NCBI GenBank assembly: GCA_041174825.1
Contig: JBEDGC010000005.1
Location: 2,105 to 66,104, forward strand
Length of the DNA stretch: 64,000 nucleotides
Direction of reading: 5' to 3'
Origin: Pseudomonadota bacterium
Lineage (GTDB): Bacteria > Pseudomonadota > Alphaproteobacteria > Sphingomonadales > Sphingomonadaceae
A program made the position numbers and the translations under genes. The notes beneath the pieces were generated by a model. It saw only the letters and a list, made by a program, of their open reading frames with translations, was not told where the DNA came from and made no database searches. Positions 58,731 through 64,000 of this stretch are shown piece by piece. Numbering within the stretch: position 1 is the stretch's first letter; every line of letters begins with the position of its first letter.

Positions 58731-59725
58731 AGCTTTAGCAGCTGCTTGCCCTTGTTCGCTCCTACAAAAAGCCTCTGGAGCGTTGCGGGAGCATTTTCAA
58801 AGCCATGCTGGACATCTTCACGATAGGCCAGCTTACCGTCGTTCACCATCTTCACCAGCCGCTTGCGGATTGCAGGGAATTCATCGGCCCAATCGAGCAC
58901 GATAAATCCCTCCATCCGCGCGCGACGAAAGACTAGGTTGAAATAATTTTCCGGGCCTGCAGGCATGGTGCCGCTTTCATAACGGCTGATCCCGCCGCAA
59001 ATCACGACGCGCGCGTGGGTAGCAATGCAACTGAGCATATCGTTCAAAATCTTGCCGCCGACATTGTCGAAGATGACATTGATTCCTTGCGGAGCCAGCG
59101 CCTTCAGCTGATCCCTGATCGATCCAGCCTTGTAATCAATAGCATGGTGGTAGCCTGCTTCTTGCGTCAGCCATGCGCATTTTTCTGTACCTCCGGCAAT
59201 GCCGATGACGGTGCAACCCGCTATACGGGCCAGCTGTCCTACAATCGATCCCGTCGCACCGGCAGCGCCCGAGACGACAACGACATCGCCCGCGACTGGC
59301 TGGCCAATTTTGAACAGCCCGCAATAGGCAGTGACACCAGTGGTGCCCAATATGGAGAGCATCGCCGTCGGCGGCAGATCGGCCTCAACCGGGTTGAGGC
59401 CAGCTCCATCATGGATCAGATATTCGCTCCACCCGGTCGAACCGACCAGCAGCGTTCCAGCTGCGAACTTGCCACCATTGCTTTCTACAACCTCTGTAAT
59501 CCCAGATCCGCGCATCATATCGCCAATCGTCATCGGCGCGACATAGTCGGCGATATTCTCCATCCAGCCCTTTTGCGCCGGATCAAAGCCCAGATAGAGC
59601 GTTTTGAGCAACATCTCGCCTGGGTTGGGCGCGGGCAGTTCAACGCTGGCAAGCTTGAGGTCATCATCGGCAATCTGCCGTCCCCGTGGATGCCCATTAA
59701 GCAGCCATTGGCGGGTCTGGGTCAC
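58727..59725 (-). CDS. NADP-dependent MDR-family enone/alkenal reductase, paralog B
   Basis: Collinear with paralog A (MTQTRQWLLNGHPRGRQ vs MTNNRHFILKRRPNGTP; VSGAAGATGS). GTG at 59725 has GGAGGA 6 nt upstream. The ORF track starts at 59758. Confidence 0.85.
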   Translation of the reverse strand: MTQTRQWLLNGHPRGRQIADDDLKLASVELPAPNPGEMLLKTLYLGFDPAQKGWMENIADYVAPMTIGDMMRGSGITEVVESNGGKFAAGTLLVGSTGWSEYLIHDGAGLNPVEADLPPTAMLSILGTTGVTAYCGLFKIGQPVAGDVVVVSGAAGATGSIVGQLARIAGCTVIGIAGGTEKCAWLTQEAGYHHAIDYKAGSIRDQLKALAPQGINVIFDNVGGKILNDMLSCIATHARVVICGGISRYESGTMPAGPENYFNLVFRRARMEGFIVLDWADEFPAIRKRLVKMVNDGKLAYREDVQHGFENAPATLQRLFVGANKGKQLLKL

Positions 59726-59785
59726 GCGAAATCCTCCATTTTCAATTTGTGAAGTCACTATAGCGAGATGTGACGGATAGCGGGA

Positions 59786-60931
59786 TCAGCGTTCCAAAAT
59801 CGCTACGCCCGAAAGGCCCGGTGCGCCATATACATGGCTATAGGCGGTCTTGGGTGATCCCGGCACCTGCCGCGTCCCGCCGCGTCCGCGCAGTTGGATA
59901 GTATTCTCATAGACCTGCCGCAATCCCGACGCGCCGATCGGTTCACCACAGGCGAGACAACCACCATCGGTGTTAACCGGAAGTTTCCCGTTGATTTCGG
60001 TGCGGCCTTCGGCCAGCCATTGCTCCTGATCTCCATCCTTGCAAAAGCCGTTTTCGGCCATGTGCATGATTTCAGCGCCGGATTCCGTGTCCTGCAACTG
60101 GGCAACATCAATATCTTCGGGGCCGATTCCAGCGGCCTCAAAGGCGGCGTTCGATGCCAGCACCGTGGGCTTGCCGCCATTGTCGATATCGATCGCCGGG
60201 GCAAAGACCTCGAATGAACCGGCTGGCCTTGTGCGCACCGCGACGCTTGCGATCTTCACCGCATCGGAACCAAATTCCTTAACCTTCTTTTCGCTCGCCA
60301 GGATCAGCGCGACCGCGCCTTCGGCGGGCGAGCAGAACATATATTTAGTCAGCGGGTCATTGACCATCGGCGAATTGAGGATCGTATCCAGATCTACCTG
60401 TGACCGCCGCCAGGCATGGTCTGCTTTTTCGCCATTGCGAAACGCTTTTTCGGCAACGCGCCCCAAAGTCGTGCGGCTGATGCCGTGCAACTGCATGTAG
60501 CGTTGGATTTTGAGCGCGAAGAATTGCGTCGTAAGCATCATGCCGGTTTCGCCATACCATTCGGGCAGGCCATATTCCGCCGGTTTGGAGTTGAAGGCGC
60601 CGCGCGGATGCTTGTCAAAGCCGACCGCAAGCGCAACATCAAACTCGCCAGCCGCAATCGCATTGCGCGCAGACGCAAGCGCACTGCCACCGGTTGCGCA
60701 GCCATTGCTAACGTTGATGAAAGGCAGGCCGGTCAGGCCAAGCTCATTGACCATGATGTCTGCATTGCCTGCCGCAGCAGAACCGCCATAGGCGCACTCG
60801 ATGTCTGACCATTCCAGTCCAGAATCGGTCATCGCCTGACGCACGGCAAACACGCCCTGATCGCGACCCGAACGGCCTTCGGTCCGGCCAAAAGGATGTA
60901 TCCCGGCACCAATGATATAGACATTTCTCAT
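59786..60931 (-). CDS. SCP-x/Ltp-type thiolase-like protein (lipid-transfer-protein family)
   Basis: MRNVYIIGAGIHPFGR N-terminus and a thiolase fold with CATGGSAL, as in Ltp-type thiolase/aldolases. Confidence 0.85.
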   Translation of the reverse strand: MRNVYIIGAGIHPFGRTEGRSGRDQGVFAVRQAMTDSGLEWSDIECAYGGSAAAGNADIMVNELGLTGLPFINVSNGCATGGSALASARNAIAAGEFDVALAVGFDKHPRGAFNSKPAEYGLPEWYGETGMMLTTQFFALKIQRYMQLHGISRTTLGRVAEKAFRNGEKADHAWRRSQVDLDTILNSPMVNDPLTKYMFCSPAEGAVALILASEKKVKEFGSDAVKIASVAVRTRPAGSFEVFAPAIDIDNGGKPTVLASNAAFEAAGIGPEDIDVAQLQDTESGAEIMHMAENGFCKDGDQEQWLAEGRTEINGKLPVNTDGGCLACGEPIGASGLRQVYENTIQLRGRGGTRQVPGSPKTAYSHVYGAPGLSGVAILER

Positions 60932-61323
60932 GACTGCTTCTCCGGTCGAAAGGCATAGGTTGCGCGCCGCTCATCAAAAGGCGCGACGATAAATTCCATG
61001 GGCATGCCGAGCTTCAGATCCTCAAGCTTGGCATCAACGATACGCGTTTCAACGATCAGTTCGCCGGGCAATTCGACATAGCCCAGAAGGAAGGGTGTGA
61101 ACGCTTCCGGCCCATCATAGGGTTCCTTGGGCTTGAAGTCCTGCCGCGTCCATGACCAGAGTGTGCCCTTGCGTGATAGTGGATAGGACTCCACATCCCG
61201 CGCCGCATCACCCGTCGGCATCGGGAAAACAACCTTGCCGCTTGGCAGGCGCGCACCGATCAGGCGCGGCTCCGTCTCATTGGTCCAAAGATCTTCGGCG
61301 ATCGGTTGCAATGTCTGGTTCAT
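60928..61323 (-). CDS. DUF35 OB-fold protein (thiolase/aldolase partner)
   Basis: 131 aa with the OB-fold pattern WTRQDFKP...GYVELPGELIVETRIVD. ATGA overlaps with both neighbours. Confidence 0.75.
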   Translation of the reverse strand: MNQTLQPIAEDLWTNETEPRLIGARLPSGKVVFPMPTGDAARDVESYPLSRKGTLWSWTRQDFKPKEPYDGPEAFTPFLLGYVELPGELIVETRIVDAKLEDLKLGMPMEFIVAPFDERRATYAFRPEKQS

Positions 61324-62570
61324 GCGATTTTCCTGAAGCGGATGGGGAGCTTGATAATGCCACGCAGCAGCATGTTGGGCGGAATGGTAATCGCCGCTTC
61401 GTCAGCCACCTCGAAATTGGTCAGCCGGGAGAGCAGCTCGTCAAAAGCGACCGTCACCTCTTTGCGTGACAACATGTTGCCGACGCACATATGGATGCCC
61501 TTGCCAAAGGCGAGATGCGTGCGGGCATTGTCCCGCCCGATGTCAAACTTGTCGGGATCGTGATATTTGGCCGGATCGCGATTGGCGGCGGCATAGCGCA
61601 GGTGGAGCATCGAGCCTTTGGGCAAATGGACACCGCCTAGTTCGGTATCGCGCGTGACAAGCCGCCACATGCCCGCAGTCGGCGTTTCGGTACGCAACGT
61701 TTCTTCAACCAGGTTTGCGATGATCTTCGGATCTTTGCCGCCAGCTGCCGCCGCTGCTTTCGACATCTGCTCTGGGTTGCGAATCAGTTGAAGCATGCCG
61801 CCTGCCAGCGTTGAGGTCGTTGTTTCATTCCCCGCGACCATGAACTGGTTCATGACCGACATAATCTCGGGATCGCTCAGCGGCTGCTCGCCCTCGATGC
61901 GCGCCTGGACCAGATCATTGAGAAGATCATCGCCGCCATGCGCGCGGCGCTCATCGATTTTGATCTTTATGACATGTTGAAACTCGACTTCGTCTCGGGC
62001 GCATTCGATTTCGCGTTCGCGGGAGATCATCTGGCTAAGCCGGTCGACAGCCGAATCCGACCAGCGCTTTACGCGGTCCAACTGGTCCTCAAGCCCGATC
62101 TGCTTGGCGATCATCCCCACCGGCAGGGGAATCGCAAATTCCTTAAGGAACTCGCACTCGCCTTTCACTGCAAACTCTTCAATCAGATTGATGGCTTTGG
62201 CACGGATATCGGCTTCAATCGCATTGACCCTGGGCATCGAAAAAGCGAGATTGACCAGCTTGCGAAAGCGTGTGTGGACCGGCGGATCGGCGGTCAACAA
62301 TGTGCTGACACCCGGCCAGCCTTGATCGGTAATGGCCTTGATTTCAGGGTCCTCGGCACGTGTGCCGGAAAGCAAGGCAGCAAAATCGTTGGAAAAGTCT
62401 TCAACTCGCCCAATCGCTTCGAAAACCAGATCATAGTTGAAAACGATATGCATATTCTGCGCTGGAACCGGTAGAATCGGTGCCTCGCGATGCACCGTGC
62501 GGTAGAAATCGAAAGGATCGACCAGCGTTTCCGGCTCAAAGAAATTGGCTTTGTCGATAGGCTGATTCAT
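61320..62570 (-). CDS. Cytochrome P450 (paralog B)
   Basis: MVAGNETTT, ETLRTETP and FGKGIHMCVG motifs. Shares long identical stretches with paralog A. Confidence 0.92.
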   Translation of the reverse strand: MNQPIDKANFFEPETLVDPFDFYRTVHREAPILPVPAQNMHIVFNYDLVFEAIGRVEDFSNDFAALLSGTRAEDPEIKAITDQGWPGVSTLLTADPPVHTRFRKLVNLAFSMPRVNAIEADIRAKAINLIEEFAVKGECEFLKEFAIPLPVGMIAKQIGLEDQLDRVKRWSDSAVDRLSQMISREREIECARDEVEFQHVIKIKIDERRAHGGDDLLNDLVQARIEGEQPLSDPEIMSVMNQFMVAGNETTTSTLAGGMLQLIRNPEQMSKAAAAAGGKDPKIIANLVEETLRTETPTAGMWRLVTRDTELGGVHLPKGSMLHLRYAAANRDPAKYHDPDKFDIGRDNARTHLAFGKGIHMCVGNMLSRKEVTVAFDELLSRLTNFEVADEAAITIPPNMLLRGIIKLPIRFRKIA

Positions 62571-62738
62571 GGCTGCAACGCTTTCTTTTTTCCAGCTTAT
62601 CTAATCATGAAATCAAGGGCCGGGCGATGGTTAAAAACGCTAGTCGATGTCGAATTAGCTTCAGAGAGCCCCTCAAAATGACCAATGGCCCCGCTATGGG
62701 GTGCGGCTAAAGTGGCACAAAGTGAAGGGAGAGTGCAG

Positions 62739-64000
62739 GTGGTTGAAACCAAAACCGGGCATAATCGTTCGAACGGCATAGCCTATAACGATCTTTTGCG
62801 CAGCGACACTGTTGCGCCACCGTCCATATATCTGGAAGACTCACCCATGTCGGCAGGCGTGACCATGGTCGCAACCCACCGCTATTGGTCGCGCGAAGAA
62901 CATGAGCGCGAGGTTGAACGCCTTTGGAAGCGCGTCTGGCAAATGGCCTGCCATGAAGATGATATTCCCAATGTCGGCGACACGCATGTTTATGACATAG
63001 CCAGCCTGTCCTTCCTCATCGTTCGCACCACGCCGGATGAGGTGAAGGCTTTCCCCAATGCCTGCATGCACCGCGGGCGGGCCTTGTGTGACAATCACCG
63101 CAAGGGATTGAAGGTGCTGCGCTGCCCTTTCCATGGCTGGTCATGGACGCTCGAGGGCAAGCTCAAAGAAATCCCGTGCCATTGGGACTTCCCGACGGTC
63201 ACCGAAGAGGAATATTCGCTGCCCGAAGTCCGGGTCGGGTATTGGGGTGGCTTTGTGTTCATCAATCCCGACCCCGACTGCGAGCCTTTGGAGGATTTCC
63301 TGGGCGACATAGACCGGCATTTCTCCCGGCCCTTTTCCCGGCGCTACAAGGCGGCGCACATGGTCAAACGCCTGCCATGCAACTGGAAGGTCGCGCAGGA
63401 GGCCTTCATGGAATCCTACCATGTGGTGGGCACCCATCCCGTGCTGCTTCCCGATTTCTCGGATACCAGCTCCAAATATGACGTCTGGCCCAACATCTCC
63501 CGCGCCATGTCAGCCTCGGGCCCACCCAGCGCGCACACCGATCTGGTCCATCCCGATCCCACTGCCTTCCCCGACGGGAAGGCGTTCACCAGCTTTATCA
63601 ATCCGATCAGCAAACACCGGTTCACGCGGCTGGCGGAAGACCGGGTTGAAGTGACATTGCCCAATGGCAAGACGGGGATTTTCGACGCGGATGCCAACCA
63701 TGTCGAGGGCGAGGTGCAATCGGCCGATCCGCATATGTGCAACTGGATGGGCGGCAAGATCCCTCCGGGCGAAGAGGATGCACCCTACACATTTTCAGGC
63801 GTCTCAACCCGCGTCTATCGCGATGAGGGAGCAGACAAGCGGCGCGAAGAGATGCGGCCGCAGTTCGGCGACTATGTCGACAGCATCAGCGACGCCGACC
63901 TGAACGACGCGATCTTTTACAGCGTCTTTCCCAACATTCACCCCTGGGCAGATTTCAATCCGATTTTCTATCGCTTCCGCCCCGATGGCGACAACCCCGA
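62739..64000 (+). CDS. Rieske non-heme iron oxygenase alpha subunit (3' end cut by window edge)
   Basis: Not in the ORF track because it is open-ended. My translation gives Rieske ligands CMHRG...CPFHGW and the Fe motif ESYHVVGTHP. GTG at 62739 is preceded by AAGGGAGAG. Alternative starts are ATG 62685 and ATG 62847. Confidence 0.8.
   Translation, partial: MVETKTGHNRSNGIAYNDLLRSDTVAPPSIYLEDSPMSAGVTMVATHRYWSREEHEREVERLWKRVWQMACHEDDIPNVGDTHVYDIASLSFLIVRTTPDEVKAFPNACMHRGRALCDNHRKGLKVLRCPFHGWSWTLEGKLKEIPCHWDFPTVTEEEYSLPEVRVGYWGGFVFINPDPDCEPLEDFLGDIDRHFSRPFSRRYKAAHMVKRLPCNWKVAQEAFMESYHVVGTHPVLLPDFSDTSSKYDVWPNISRAMSASGPPSAHTDLVHPDPTAFPDGKAFTSFINPISKHRFTRLAEDRVEVTLPNGKTGIFDADANHVEGEVQSADPHMCNWMGGKIPPGEEDAPYTFSGVSTRVYRDEGADKRREEMRPQFGDYVDSISDADLNDAIFYSVFPNIHPWADFNPIFYRFRPDGDNP

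Overview
High-GC alphaproteobacterial chromosome segment. Gene content and repeat style suggest Sphingomonadales, but that is inference only. Bases 1-30.4 kb look like ordinary core genome: oligopeptidase B, an Atm1-like ABC exporter, recQ, a tightly coupled TIGR01244/membrane protein/fatty-acid-hydroxylase/GMC-oxidoreductase run, a DsbD-family reductase, an alkaline-phosphatase-family enzyme, an FnrL-like regulator next to a tandem Usp gene with an FNR box, an OMP, tRNA-Ala(CGC), gyrB, an orphan CYP153 P450, queG, a PLD-family enzyme, rpoZ, an HxlR regulator, an aminotransferase, phaC, rlmE and ppx. tRNA-Gln(CTG) at 30441-30514 is followed by short direct repeats and a decayed IS6-family transposase fragment. 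After that come at least 33 kb of accessory catabolic genes, running off the window and by eye patchily more AT-rich. They include two paralogous P450 operons, a heteromeric acyl-CoA dehydrogenase pair split by a ThuA-like gene, a cytoplasmic molybdopterin oxidoreductase, a TonB-dependent receptor, an acyl-CoA synthetase, Fe-ADH, and a DUF3604 lipoprotein. They also include an ATP-grasp + class-I amidotransferase pair, TPP-dependent E1 alpha/beta with a free-standing lipoyl domain, DUF35 + SCP-x-type thiolase, many SDR/MDR reductases, a LuxR solo and a Rieske oxygenase. The best candidates for something undescribed are four. First, the island as a rearranged igr-like side-chain degradation system with non-canonical parts (ThuA-like, Mo enzyme, E1 + lone lipoyl carrier). 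Second, the DUF3604 / ATP-grasp / GATase1 module. Third, an orphan 340-bp non-coding region downstream of gyrB with a 15-nt perfect complement to the 16S 3' tail in front of a 15-codon ORF. Fourth, a REP-like hairpin pair with compensatory changes flanked by a 19-nt duplication of the rlmE 3' end. No CRISPR array or recognisable defence system was seen.
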